From Octopus sinensis (Eukaryota), in assembly GCF_006345805.1 (NCBI RefSeq), contig NW_021832614.1, positions 1-30,477 on the forward strand: DNA of 30,477 nt, in the 5' to 3' direction. Positions 9,551 through 21,083 of the stretch are shown here, in pieces (position 1 is the stretch's first letter; every line of letters starts with the position of its first letter). The notes below the pieces were generated by a model. That model was not told where the DNA came from. It worked only from the letters and a program-made list of their open reading frames with translations, and made no database searches. Made by a program: the position numbers and the translations under genes.

Positions 9551-9755
9551 TAAAACGATTTCTGTTCAATCTGCGTTCAGCTCCATTTCTTCAATTCACC
9601 AATAATGTTTTAATTTCAATTATCCGCACCAACGCACGGTTGCAACGCCAGATGGTTGTACCTCCAACCGTGCTGTTTACTGCTGTGATTTTTGCTACTA
9701 AGGTATCGGTTAAACTTTTGATTAATCTACTACAAGATTATTCATCTTTCTATTT

Positions 9756-9761
<6 letters not shown>
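9523..9761 (+). repeat. 3' pseudo-LTR running into (TA)n
   Basis: Direct repeat of 5857-6095, followed by a TA array to ~9832. Confidence 0.97.
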
Positions 9762-9817
<56 letters not shown>

Positions 9818-9843
9818 CATATATATATATATAAATATATCTC

Positions 9844-9978
9844 TACAATAATATGTTACATTACTCAATAGTCAAGATAAAACTCTGAGTTTCAGATGCC
9901 GACGTGGGAATCCACGACATCTCTTCGGTTATCTGGCTATTTTATCTTGACTATTGAGTAAAGTAACATATTATTGTA
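9844..9978. repeat. Fold-back element: 39-bp inverted arms (9844-9882 / 9940-9978, 1 mismatch) around a 57-bp spacer
   Basis: TACAATAATATGTTACATTACTCAATAGTCAAGATAAAA versus TTTTATCTTGACTATTGAGTAAAGTAACATATTATTGTA. Confidence 0.93.
9875..9934 (-). ncRNA. Hammerhead-like motif, variant core (U4 to C, extra U before GAAA)
   Basis: AGAUAA-CCGAAGA-GAUGUCG...CGGCAUC-U-GAAA-CUCAGAG-UU-UUAUCU: 6-bp stem I, 7-bp stem II, quasi-palindromic stem III. Confidence 0.7.
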
Positions 9979-10059
9979 TAGATAAATTTCCTCTATTTAT
10001 ATAATATTGAGGTCTCTTTCTTTCTTTTGTTATCTTACCGTTTACCATATATATAAATA

Positions 10060-11150
10060 TATATATAAAGTACGGGGGTTTAGTTCACAAATCCCCAAAA
10101 TGCTTTTGTATTTGTCGCACCTAAGCCTTTCTTTTCGGACAGTTTTTTTGTAAACCCTCAGATTCCATAGTTCGGAATGAGTTTTTGCCCTTTGTTTCAA
10201 CATGTTCTGTGTCACGTATGAGAAATACGTCTCTGCCACGTCCCGTAACTATTTTGAGGGATACTGGAGGTCTCCAGTTTATGATTTCGAAGGATATTTG
10301 TCTTTTTTTGATGAGTCGTCAGGGAACTCAGATGTTTTGTTTCAGGGTATAATGCGGCAATTCTTCTGCTACTCTCCATTTTCTGAATTTAACTTCGGAT
10401 ATGATTTCTGGTGAGGTGAGAGTAGGTGTTCTTGACTCTCTCCCATTTCTGGGTGTTTATTGTTGATCGGAATTGATGTTATGGGGTCCAATTGGTGTGT
10501 GATCCTATTGTCACTATTTCTCCAGGGAGTGCAGGTAATATATAACAGCTGGAGGATGATTTTCCTGGTATTTTTGCTCCATGTGCAGCGACTTGTTCGA
10601 TGTCGAAAGACATTTCTTCCAAGTCTTCTTCGCCGAATGATTCCATTCGTGATTTGACAGGTACTTACTTGGATCATTTTTTAAAAATAAATTAGAGGTG
10701 GATGATGTCTCTTCGATGGGTAGTGACTCTTCAGGTCTTCTTTCTAGAGAGCAGTATATTAGAGCGCAGGATGAGGATGCTGAGTTGCAGGTGTTAGCCA
10801 ATATATCTGTCTCTTTCGTGTAGGTAGCAAGGTACCAGTTCTCTACTACTTTAGGGATCGTGTTAGGATAAGGAAATATAGGCTGATTCCTATAGGTGTT
10901 GTTTGGCTTATTTAATCGAGTGTGTTGTACAGGATTGGAACAGTTTGCAATGATATGAGCAGTTGAATTATTTTGTCTCGTGTGTCTATTAGTTTTCGTT
11001 GGTAGTTCATTCTTTTGACCAATTCTTCCTGCTCTGTATTCTTTATCCGAATGAGTTCCTGTACCCTGACGTTGTGATACTGTACAATGTGTATTACTAT
11101 TGGAGGAATTACCAGTGTTGTGTATGCCTTCTTCTAGCATTATGATAAGT
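10060..11150 (-). other. Degenerate coding-like remnant of unassigned origin (208-aa ORF 10514-11140 plus broken ORFs)
   Basis: Long ORF in AT-rich DNA, not microsatellite-derived; no motif I can recognise. Confidence 0.3.
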
Positions 11151-11703
11151 CAGATTGTCAGTCATGCAAGAGACTGTAAGGCCACAAACACGTAGATAGA
11201 TTTGCGACCTTAACACAATATTTCATTATAAGTGTTTCATAGTATTTCTCTTCACTTTTTCTTTATTCTTTTTAAATTTTAGAGTCTCTCATTTTCCATT
11301 TCCTTTTTCTTTGTCTGGATTATTAATGTCAGTGATACGTACAATAAATATTAACATATATACTTTTTGTATTTTGTATAAATATGTATGAACACTCATT
11401 AATAGGTGGCTTCATTATGCACTTACACACACACATATAATATATAATATACTCACACAGACACTCACTCCCTCCCTCCTTCACACACTCACTTACTCAC
11501 ACACTGACTCACTCTCACACAACACCCCACACACTCACACTCTCTCTGTCTCTAAATCTGATTATTTCTGATTGTCGTTTCTATTCTTCAAATTCTACAG
11601 CATTTCTTATGCATTTTTATGCTTTCCATGCTAATCTTTTCCACGTACATAAATGCTTTCCAAAACAAACAAGCACTTCGTTTTTCAGAAAGCGAAGAAG
11701 AAA

Positions 11704-12067
11704 CTATAAGCTTATCCCAAGCACCCATCTCTGCATGCACTGTAACTACTAGAAACTGCAGTGAGCTTATTAAAATTAAATACGTAATTCATGTCCTCTA
11801 AAAACACACACATACACCCAAACAGAAAGGCACACAATGACACATAAACAAAGACACACATGTTATGGTTGCAACTTGATTCCGAAATATGCCACATTTG
11901 TTTACTCAACGAAGCAGGGACGTGTATTTTTTAGTCCTGTTAGGGATCTAAACACTTTTGCGCAATCAAAGACATACTAACGAAGGAGACTTCCTGCTGC
12001 AGGTTTTGAGAGACTTACCATCTTCCCTGACTCATACCTTTGTTCTCTCATGAAATTTTCAACTTTG
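11704..12067. repeat. 364-bp segment duplicated in inverted orientation at 21084-21447
   Basis: About 3 substitutions and 2 compensating 1-nt indels; the ORF track shows near-identical peptides 11712-11909 (-) and 21241-21447 (+). Confidence 0.96.
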
Positions 12068-12127
12068 TGTTTTGCCGATCGCAGGCTATGTGCCTTGTCG
12101 TTCGAAGGCTGTGCGTTTTGGCTGCGT
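12019..12127 (-). CDS. Probable internal coding exon of an unidentified host gene (109 nt)
   Basis: Acceptor TTCTCTCCTTCTATTTTTCCTCAG| and donor AAGATG|GTAAGT. Only one frame is open: x-RSQNAQPSNDKAHSLRSAKHKVENFMREQRYESGKM. Confidence 0.62.
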
Positions 12128-12403
12128 CTGAGGAAAAATAGAAGGAGAGAACCTTTGCACATGGCAATTCCGACTCCCTCCCCAAACAGCCAATACATTC
12201 CTGCCAAACAAACAACTATTCTACATCATAAGTATTACATAAGAGAGGTGTCACAACAAAAGCAGTTATATCGCACTCCCAGCCATTGGAGGGCTGTTGA
12301 TTCTCCTGTGATCACCCGGCCTTTGAAATAGTTTGCATTTCGACCTGCAGGGAGTTAAACGAAGGGTGTCCACCTTACCAAGTACATACATAAATACACA
12401 CAC

Positions 12404-12476
<73 letters not shown>

Positions 12477-12619
12477 CATACATACATACATACATACATA
12501 CATACATACCATACATACATACATGCATACATATCTTATATAAAATTTCTGAGAGACATATAAACAGTAGCAGTACGGAATTGTAAACTATATTTGCCAA
12601 CTGAATGTGGCGTGCTATA

Positions 12620-13107
12620 CAGGACAGTGCTACTGTTCTTTATAGCTCCAGGAAGACATCTCCTTCAGCTGAATAACGACACACATTATGTGCCCGATTA
12701 GAATTTGCGAAGGAGGCCATCACTACCATCTGAAGCCAAATCACTATATACTTTTCTAGCAACTCACTGTCGCTGATCTCGTAAAAGAGAGAGATATGTT
12801 ATATTAAATCTGTATATGTTATATTAAATTTAAATTAACATATCTCTCTCTTTTACGAGATTAGCGACTGTGAGTCGCTAGAAAGGTATATAATAATTTG
12901 CGAGTGGAATGAACTTTCATCACTTGCTAGTGATTAACACATGCTCGGTGGGAGGGGAGGTAATCACCCAGAAACTTGCATCCGTGTGTATGACGTATGG
13001 TTAGACATGGGAGCGATGAACCCCCTTGCAAATACTAATCGGACACAGACTGTGTGTCATTAGCCAACTGGAGGAGATGTCTTCCTGGTGCTATAAGCAC
13101 TGTCCTG
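12620..13107. mobile_element. Tc1/mariner-type MITE with ~90-bp imperfect TIRs and TA flanks
   Basis: TA|CAGGACAGTGCT...TATAGC.CCAGGAAGACATCTCC...GACACACA...CCGATTAG.ATTTGC at left matches the reverse complement of 13021-13107, which ends CACTGTCCTG|TA. Confidence 0.8.
12745..12892. repeat. Fold-back element nested in the MITE, ~57-bp arms (12745-12801 / 12836-12892)
   Basis: TATATACTTTTCTAGCAACTCACTGTCGCTGATCTCGTAAAAGAGAGAGATATGTTA versus TAACATATCTCTCTCTTTTACGAGATTAGCGACTGTGAGTCGCTAGAAAGGTATATA, 4 mismatches. Confidence 0.9.
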
Positions 13108-13289
13108 TATATATGTGTATATATATGTATACAAACACGCACAAACACATATACATATGTAATTTATATATGTAGCGGAATAGCTGCATAGAAAGGGCCA
13201 CGTAAGTTAGGGACGGGCTTGGAAAGATTGGCAAAATGGGACCACAAAAAGCAACACCAAGTTGCAAGAAAATAAACAACGCAACATTT

Positions 13290-14035
13290 ATATCAAAGAA
13301 AGGAAGATGAGCAGAGTAAGAAGTTTATCATTGTTTTAAGACATCAGAAGTGTGGCATATTCTGAATGGCAAGATTGTTTGGGAGAGAAAAGAAAGACAT
13401 TATTGATGAAGATTCTGTACGGAATAATAATCATACTCTTGTTATTCATGAAATGTAAAGAAAGAAAAGCAGACGTGTTATAATGAGAATTTGTTGGATG
13501 AAAAGAATAGAAGGGGGATAAAGAGTGTATCGGAAGTAAACCCAGTTGAGGGGGCCATCCATCCAAATTTACAGCCGTACAGTGGAGAATGCGATTAAAG
13601 ATATGAAGGTAGGGAAGGTATCTGATACGAAATACTCATGAGAGTGGGATGCGGGTTAGTCAGCCCCTAAGTAATTCAACTTGAATAGGAGATTCTTATA
13701 CCCAGTGACTGATGTGGTAATACCATTTTCAACTGCTATAAAAGGCAAAGGTAATGTATTAAAGTAAGAATGCTTGAGGTGTTAAACTGTTGGGGCCAGT
13801 TATGAAGGTTACAAAAAGAATTACATCTCATTTGCTTAGAAAAAGAAAATTAATGTAGACGTGATTTTTGTTTTTATGGTGAGAATAAATACAACTGATG
13901 CTGTCTTCTCAGTGAGACAAGAGCAGAAATATTCTGCCCTATTCCTTGTTTATTTAGAGAAGATACATGTTGTTTCTCAGCTCTGTGATCCGTCTGGTTC
14001 AAGAATAAAGGTCACAAGAACTAGAGAGTGACAGG
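13290..14035 (+). pseudogene. Highly decayed RTE-type LINE RT fragment
   Basis: Manual translation across stops and frameshifts gives PVEGP..VENAIKDMKVGK, CYKGKG, VKLL..VMKV.KRI, TTDAVFSVRQ. Confidence 0.65.
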
Positions 14036-14650
14036 AATACTAGCCTCACTCGAACCCGTATATGCATTACATCACAGCTAGAATGCTATGTATTTGAAAT
14101 CCTACAAAAAGAGATACATCATTCCTCCTTTTCTCCCCAATATTCTAAGTCTCTGTCCTAACACTACGCTCTGTGTCACACTCACCTAGGAGACATGTGT
14201 ATGTGTGCCTGAGGGTACATATGTATATCTTGTGTGATCTACTGAATTCAAAGTTTCTCATACAATAGCCAGTTTCAATAATTGGATGGGTGTGGGACAT
14301 ATTTGTAAGTATTGATATTAGTCTTTCAAATTTCAGATGCACTTGACTTAACACGGTTATATGAAAAGACTTTTTAAGAGAGGAACGTTTCTTGGAAATT
14401 TAAATAAAAGAAAACTGGTTGTATACATACATACATACATACACATAGTCATATATGTATACATATGTACGTGTGTATATATATATATATGTGTGTGTGT
14501 ATGTGTTCGTGTATGTGTTTGTGTTTGTGTATGTGCGTGTGTATTGTATGTATGCATATACAAAAATTCATTGCATACGTATATATTTATTTATATATTA
14601 TATATATATGCATACATACATATAATACACACAAACACACACACACACAC

Positions 14651-14744
<94 letters not shown>

Positions 14745-14749
14745 GTATG

Positions 14750-14870
14750 TATGATGTAAGTTTACGTATAATATAGCAAATAGCAAAACAGTAAAAAAAA
14801 GGGTATCGGGTCATATTATTACATGAGAGGCCAACATGGGGTGGGTTTAAGTGCCTTCGAAACAAAACTG
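14750..14870. repeat. Dispersed repeat, related copy at ~16490-16640
   Basis: Shared TATGAT.TAAGTTTACGTA.AATATA.CAAA...GGTATCGG.TCA.ATTA...GGGTGG..TTTA.GTG..TT.GAAACAAAACT.GAT; both copies start at a TA/TACA-type microsatellite. Confidence 0.75.
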
Positions 14871-14944
14871 GATATCCTCCTGTGAAAATACCAGGTCCTT
14901 GCCACTGAAGTACAGACGCTTGGGAGAGGGCAGATATAGATAGG

Positions 14945-15286
14945 TAGCTCGACCCCAGTACGCAACTGGTGCTTAATATATCGACCCTGAAAGGATGAAA
15001 GGCAAAGTCAACCTCGGCGTAATTTGAACTCAGAACGCAAAGACAGACGAAATACCTATTTCTTTACTACCCACACGGGGCTAAACACAGTGGAGACAAA
15101 CATGGACAGAGAGAAGGATCAAATCGATTACATCGACCCCAGTGCGCAACTGGTACTTATTTAATCTACCCCGAAAGGGTTAAAGCAAAGTCGTCCTCGG
15201 CCAAATTTGAACTCAGAACGCAAAGACAGACGAAATAACGCTAATCATTTAGTCCGGCGTGTTAACGTTTCTGCCAGCTCACAGCC
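14945..15286 (-). mobile_element. tRNA-derived SINE with an internally duplicated ~105-bp domain
   Basis: Direct repeats 14949-15054 and 15133-15237; minus strand begins GGCTGTGAGCTGGCAGAAACGTT and has a GAGTTCAAAT B-box-like motif. Confidence 0.8.
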
Positions 15287-15504
15287 TTTGGAGCTTCAAT
15301 AAATTAAATGACAAATGTGTTCATCTTAATGAGATATATGTGCGTCATTGGAATGTAGTGATAGACAGTTGTACAACACGAGAGTACTACTCTGAGTCTC
15401 TGTGACTAGAACCTAGTGGCAGACCGAATGTAGATGAACAATGATTATGTGAAATAGCAGGTTTTACATCAGAACGCACTTCTCCTAAAAAGTACTGTAA
15501 CAAC

Positions 15505-15560
15505 AGCGAGCGTTGCGTCCTTGAGCAAGACACTTTATTTCACGTTGCTTCAGTCCATTA
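15505..15560 (+). mobile_element. SINE central-domain fragment
   Basis: CGTTGCGTCCTTGAGCAAGACACTTTATTTCACGTTGCTTCAGTCCA; similar decayed text at ~29160-29200. Confidence 0.55.
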
Positions 15561-15633
15561 AAATGGCAAACATACATACATACATACACACATACATACA
15601 TACATACATATATACATATATACATACATATAT

Positions 15634-15778
<145 letters not shown>

Positions 15779-15828
15779 GTATGAATGTATATATGTATGC
15801 ATATATATATATATATATAAATATATAT

Positions 15829-15949
15829 ATTTATTATATAGAAGGAGCTTCTACAGGACTAGAACTGTTTCATTCAAGAGAAATCTTCAGGAAGATTTCT
15901 CTTGAATGAAACAGTTCTAGTCTGTAGAAGCTCCTTCTATATAATAAAT
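15829..15949. repeat. Near-perfect palindrome: 60/59-bp arms, 2-nt loop (15889-15890); right arm continues as element sequence to 16016, (TA)n on both sides
   Basis: Arms differ by one indel (ACAGGACT versus AGTCTGT). Confidence 0.96.
15848..15894 (-). ncRNA. Compact hammerhead motif spanning the palindrome centre; predicted cleavage between 15852 and 15851
   Basis: CUUC-CUGAAGA-U-UUC-UCUU-GAA-U-GAAA-CAG-UUCUAGUC-CUG-UA-GAAG. Confidence 0.72.
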
Positions 15950-16012
15950 TAATTTTACTCTACTATGTATTGAGTACCTTATTTACTGTGGTTAACCCCG
16001 AATCAACCCGGG

Positions 16013-16080
<68 letters not shown>

Positions 16081-16087
<7 letters not shown>

Positions 16088-16198
16088 ATCACGTGACCGA
16101 TGAGGCAACCAGATGCTGCTACACATCGCTGGTCACAATTCACTTCGCTTTATTTTAGCCTCCAAATGACGCCACCCCGCTGGCTAAGCGAGCAGGCT
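16081..16198 (+). repeat. Dispersed repeat fragment between TA arrays; diverged inverted copy at 29242-29345
   Basis: CCAGATGCTGCTACACATCGCTGGTCACAATTCACTTC..TGACGCCACCCCGCTGGCTAAG aligns with the reverse complement of 29242-29345. Confidence 0.65.
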
Positions 16199-16963
16199 TA
16201 TTATATATATATATATATACAAAGACATACATATATGTATCTGAATATAATACATGCATACATACTAAGAGCCAACGTTACGACAGAAAACGTCGCCACT
16301 GATAAGAGGAAGAATTAGTTGTGGAATGTCCCAGTGATAATAATTGTGGTAATCAGATGACCATCGGGTGTTAACATAAACCTTAAGATCAGCGAAAAAC
16401 AAAATACCTTCACTGAACATTTAAGAAACCTAGTCATGCATACGTATATAATACATACATATATAATACACACACGTACATACATATATATGATCTAAGT
16501 TTACGTACAATATATCAAAGAACGAGACAGACATAGAACAGGTATCGGCTCAAATTACTACAAAGGACTACAAAGTACAACAAAGGACTGAAAGACCAAT
16601 TTGGGTGGCGTTTAGGTGGATTTGAAACAAAACTAGATCTCTTATCCATGTACAAGGATGTAGCGATTGTTACAGAGGTTAGCGAAAGGACAGGGATAGA
16701 CAGATAGTTAATTAGTTAGTTAAGTTAGTTAGTTAGTTTGGCTAGTCAGTTAGATAGATAGACATATACACACACACACATACAAAAAGACGCGAGCCCG
16801 CGCGCAAGCATAAGTATATATTGACGAATACAACAGCCTTCTTGTGATATTGCTAGGGTAACATAAATATACGTATCTATCTATCTCTCTCTCTCTCTCA
16901 AATTATATATGTATATTATATAATGTATGTATATATGTATGACTCTATGTATGTATGTATATA

Positions 16964-17004
<41 letters not shown>

Positions 17005-17037
17005 ATAATATAAATATATTTTCATATTTTCACAGTT

Positions 17038-17530
17038 CAAGAACAGCAACAGCTAGAAAATCAGCAGCCACAACAACAACAACAACAGAATGAGCCACTC
17101 CTGGTTCCCAGCACAATGGCTGACCCTAACATCGGTCAAGCACAACAACAACAACAACAGCCACAGCAACAAGAACAACAACAGCCACTCCTCAACTCTA
17201 GCTTACTAGATGATTCACTAAATGCCAGTATCTTTTCACCGCTCTCACGGCAACCACCACAATTATCATCATCATCATCACCACCGCTGCCACCATCGTC
17301 TTCTATCACCAAAATACCAACAGAAAACCAAATAAGAAACCACTGCCCTCTTCCCCCACATCACCACCTCAATACTACTGCAGTAACAAAAACTTAAAGA
17401 AACATAGGAAGCAGAATGCGCCCACCACGGCACAAACAAGAAATCCCCAAATATGCCGCTATTCACTGCGCCAGAGACTCTGCACAAATAGTGACTGCAT
17501 CTTCACGCATCTACCCGGCACTAGACGCAC
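17038..17530 (+). pseudogene. ORF1 remnant: poly-Gln segment plus C-x8-C-x4-C-x3-H finger
   Basis: ORF 17116-17397 (QQQQQQPQQQEQQQ); in another frame ICRYSLRQRLCTNSDCIFTHLPGTRR at 17451-17528. Confidence 0.6.
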
Positions 17531-18076
17531 TACGGCCAAGGCCAAAGCACGCATCCCACAATAACATCAACACCACCAAATAGTAAATCGAAATACAAAA
17601 CACACACAACTCGGAGTCCCAAAATCTGCCGGTATTCCCAACGTGAGAGAACATGTCTGCTGAGTGACTGTCCCCTCACTCATCTTCCAGGGACCCGACG
17701 CACAAACAGAAACGTGGCTTCAAGCCAACACACAAACCTGAATAAAAATAAAAATAGAAAACACACCATGCTGCAGTAATGCTGGTCCAGTCTTTTCAGG
17801 AAGACACAAAAACAACAACAAAAGTGGAAACTACAACCCTATCCAACAGTGCAACCACACCTCCAGCCAAAAGCTGCTCCCTAAGCAGGAAAATTCTTTT
17901 TTAGCCATGTTGAACATGGCAAAAGAGATACACAAAAACATTCTAACCATCACTCAACACCATCCTATGCTATTACCCCAGTGCACCAATTCCCCACCTT
18001 GCTGCCACTAACACACACAAAAAATCCAAGCCCCCTGCAACAGTCAAAACCAGCCACTACACTAACCTCCACATTT

Positions 18077-20960
18077 CTACTCAATGCACAAGGTGTCAGC
18101 CCTTCCATCAATGCACAAAATGGAAGGTCCAATTCATTGAAGACTGGGTTGGTAACCATCCACACCACATCCCTTTCTTCATTCTCACTGAGACCCACCT
18201 TGAAAACTCCCACTTGGAAGCCGAAGTGAGAGTGAAGAATTTCACAACCATCCGCGCGGATCGTATCGGCAGAAGGAAGGGTGGAACTGCCATTTTCCTG
18301 CATGATTCGTTTACGGCAGATGGAAATAGTATATTCTCCAACGGCTACTGTGAATCAGTCACCGTGCACAACAAAGCCAATGACCTGACAGTAATTGGGC
18401 TCTATAGGCCGCCCCAAACACCCATACTGTGCTTTAAAGAATGCTTCAACAGCATTAAGTGCTTTATTCAACAGTGCCATTCTAGCAACCTACTCATTAT
18501 GGGAGATTTCAATCTACCCTGTGTTGACTGGACTACAAACTGTTTGAAAACCAAGCACTCCCGCCTCAACCGCCGACAAAGAAGCAGCAGAGTCACTTTT
18601 CGACTTTACGAATGAGTTTTTCTTGTCCCAACTTGTCCTTGCACCAACAAGACATCAGAAGAATATTTTGGACCTAGTGTTTTGTAACCACACTAACACT
18701 ATACAACGTTACAGTGGAAAAACCCTTCTTTCAGACCACGACATGGTTCTCTGTAACATGAAGTTCCACCAGCCGAAAGCTAATCCTAGTGACCTCCCTC
18801 CAGCCCACCCATTTGACAACATGGATCTCCATAATGCCAACTGGGATGCAATCAGGAACGAGCTATCACATGTTAACTGGTCCTTTACACATACACACGT
18901 CTCCACCAACCATAAAAAACATCTTGCCAGATCTTTGTAGACACCGTCACAGACATATGTGCAAAACACTCCCCACCAAGACCTGTGAACAAAAAGTGCA
19001 GAATCCCCCAAACAGAAAAACCATTATCAGAAAAATAAAAAGAACAAACAAAAAAATTAACAAACTAAAGTACTGCCAACAGCAACACACACATTCGACG
19101 GCTATCGCACTGCTTGAATCCAAAAAATATAACCTCCAACAATGCATGAAGACCCTCATCAATAACCAAAGATCAGCTGAGGAGAAGTGGGCCATTGAAA
19201 AAATCAAACTCAACCCCAAAGTGTTCTTTTCATTTGCGAGGAAACGCAGGGTCACTGTCTCCACTGTAGGCCCTCTAATTGACGAAACTGGCACTCTCCA
19301 AGATAATGCCAAATCCATGGCCGAGATACTGCAGAAACAATACTGCTCTGTTTTCAGCAATCCTGATATGGCCGATCTGGGCTGTATCAGTGATGTCAAC
19401 CCCCAACACACTATATCGGACATAACGTTTAGTGCCCCTGATGTCTTAGCGGCGATAAACGAAATAAAACACAATTCAGCAGTAGGCCCCGATAGGTTCC
19501 CTGCTTGTGTCCTGAAGGTAGGTGTGTCGACACCAACTTGCATCTCCCCTTGCTAATCTGTGGAGAAACTCACTGGATGCTGGCTATATTCCAAAAAACC
19601 TTCTGTCCCAGTCTGTTGTCCCAGTTTTCAAAAAGGGAAACAAGTCCCTTGCAGTGAATTACCGTCCGATCTCACTCACCTCTCATATCATCAAGGAATT
19701 TGAGAGGGTGGTGAGATCTCGAATAACCCAATTTCTGGAAAGCAACAGACGGCTGATCTCTAACCAACATGGGTTCCGTAATGGAAGGGACTGCCTAACG
19801 CAGCTCCTGCATCACTTTGATGACATTTTGAGAGCTTTGGGAGAGGGCTCTACACCGATGTCATCTACCTTGATTTCAGTAAGGTCTTCGACAGGGTTGA
19901 TCACAAGATCCTATTGAAAAAACTATCCAACATTTGTGTCTCTGGAAAGTTACTGAAATGGATCAAGTGTTTCCTGACAGACAGATCTCAACATGTTGTA
20001 GTTGAAGGGGTAAAATCAAGCCCAGCCAAAGTCAGTAGTAGCGTTCCGCAAGGCACTGTGCTGGGCCCACTTCTTTTCATCATCTACATTAATGACATTA
20101 ATGGCATCATCAAGCACAGCAACATAAAAATCTTTACAGATGATTCCAAGCTACAGAAGGTCATAAATGAGGCGAGTGACCGGACATGCCTTCAGTCAGA
20201 TCTACTGGCTGTTTCCAATGGGCAGAAAAAAACAATATGTTGCTGAACGAGGATAAATTTGAGTTAATCCACTTTGGAAAAGAGGATGCCCTGAAACTCC
20301 CATACTCTCTTCCTTCAGGTGAAACTCTCGCGGCGTCCAACAACATCAGAGACTTGGGAGTAATTGTGGACAACAACATAAGCTGGGCCACTCATATAAA
20401 CACCAAAGTTGACATGGCCCGCAGAATGTGTTCCTGGATTCTCAGAACTTTCCAGTCGAGAGATATCCACACCATTATCCTTCTCTTCTCCACTTTTGCC
20501 CGACCCCACCTTGAATACTGTTGTCCACTGTGGTCTCCCCACACAATACAAAGTATATAAAAGTTGAAGCACTTCAAAGGGCAATCACAAAAAAGATAGA
20601 TGGCATGACAGGCCTCGACTATTGGGGTCGACTAGAAAAGCTAAAACTTTATTCTCTCCAACGTCGTCGTGAGCGCTACATCATCTGCATGATGTGGAAA
20701 ATATTCCATCAGCATTGCCCAAATGATGTTGGCATCACCTTTAAGGTACATCCAAGGCTTGGGCCCCGTGCCATCCGCCCAAAACAAAAATCGCACTCTC
20801 ATCTCATTACAACAACACGGCACAATTATTTCACCTCAATTGGCCCCGCTCTCTTTAACATTACACCAAAACACATTAAAACAGAAACTGACCTATAGGG
20901 TTCAAAAAGTCTTTGGACAGATTCCTTCAAGAAATCCCGGATAAACCCCCTACACTCGGA
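18077..20960 (+). pseudogene. ORF2 (APE + RT + C-terminal domain) of LINE family A, split over about 8 ORF pieces
   Basis: ORF pieces 18214-18615, 18623-18940, 18789-19556, 19522-19917, 19914-20246, 20186-20560 and 20521-20898 carry successive APE/RT motifs, including RPHLEYCCPLWSP and SLQRRRERY. Confidence 0.9.
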
Positions 20961-21083
20961 TATGTCTCTGTAAACAATAACTCTCTACTTGAGTGGGCCA
21001 TAGTGCCCAAATTCTGACTTGAAAGACTTCAGGTGGTACTATTAAGTTAGACATGGCCTGGGCCAATAATGGCCGAAACCTAT

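Larger units (their letters stand above)
4813..9761 (+). mobile_element. Penelope-like element (RT + C-terminal GIY-YIG) with direct pseudo-LTRs and a 5' inverted arm, embedded in (TA)n
   Basis: PLE RT motifs, GIY-YIG-like endonuclease, 239-bp direct repeats, 1.05-kb inverted duplication, hammerhead, (TA)n on both sides. Confidence 0.93.

Noticed and set aside
14250-14380. Plus-strand mini exon / 32-nt intron / terminal exon pattern (SFNNWMGVGHI-YALDLTRLYEKTF)
   Set aside because: Implausibly short intron, no recognisable protein, opposite strand to the better exon.
16081-16130. TCACGTGATCACGTGA double E-box palindrome and CCGATGA-GGCA..TGCT near-core
   Set aside because: Part of a dispersed repeat; no GAAA follows the stem, and an HDV-like fold could not be completed.
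18947-19543. Long antisense ORFs over LINE and Dong coding regions (also 2502-2966, 24411-24860, 6127-6573)
   Set aside because: Shadow frames of the sense coding sequence with no independent motifs.
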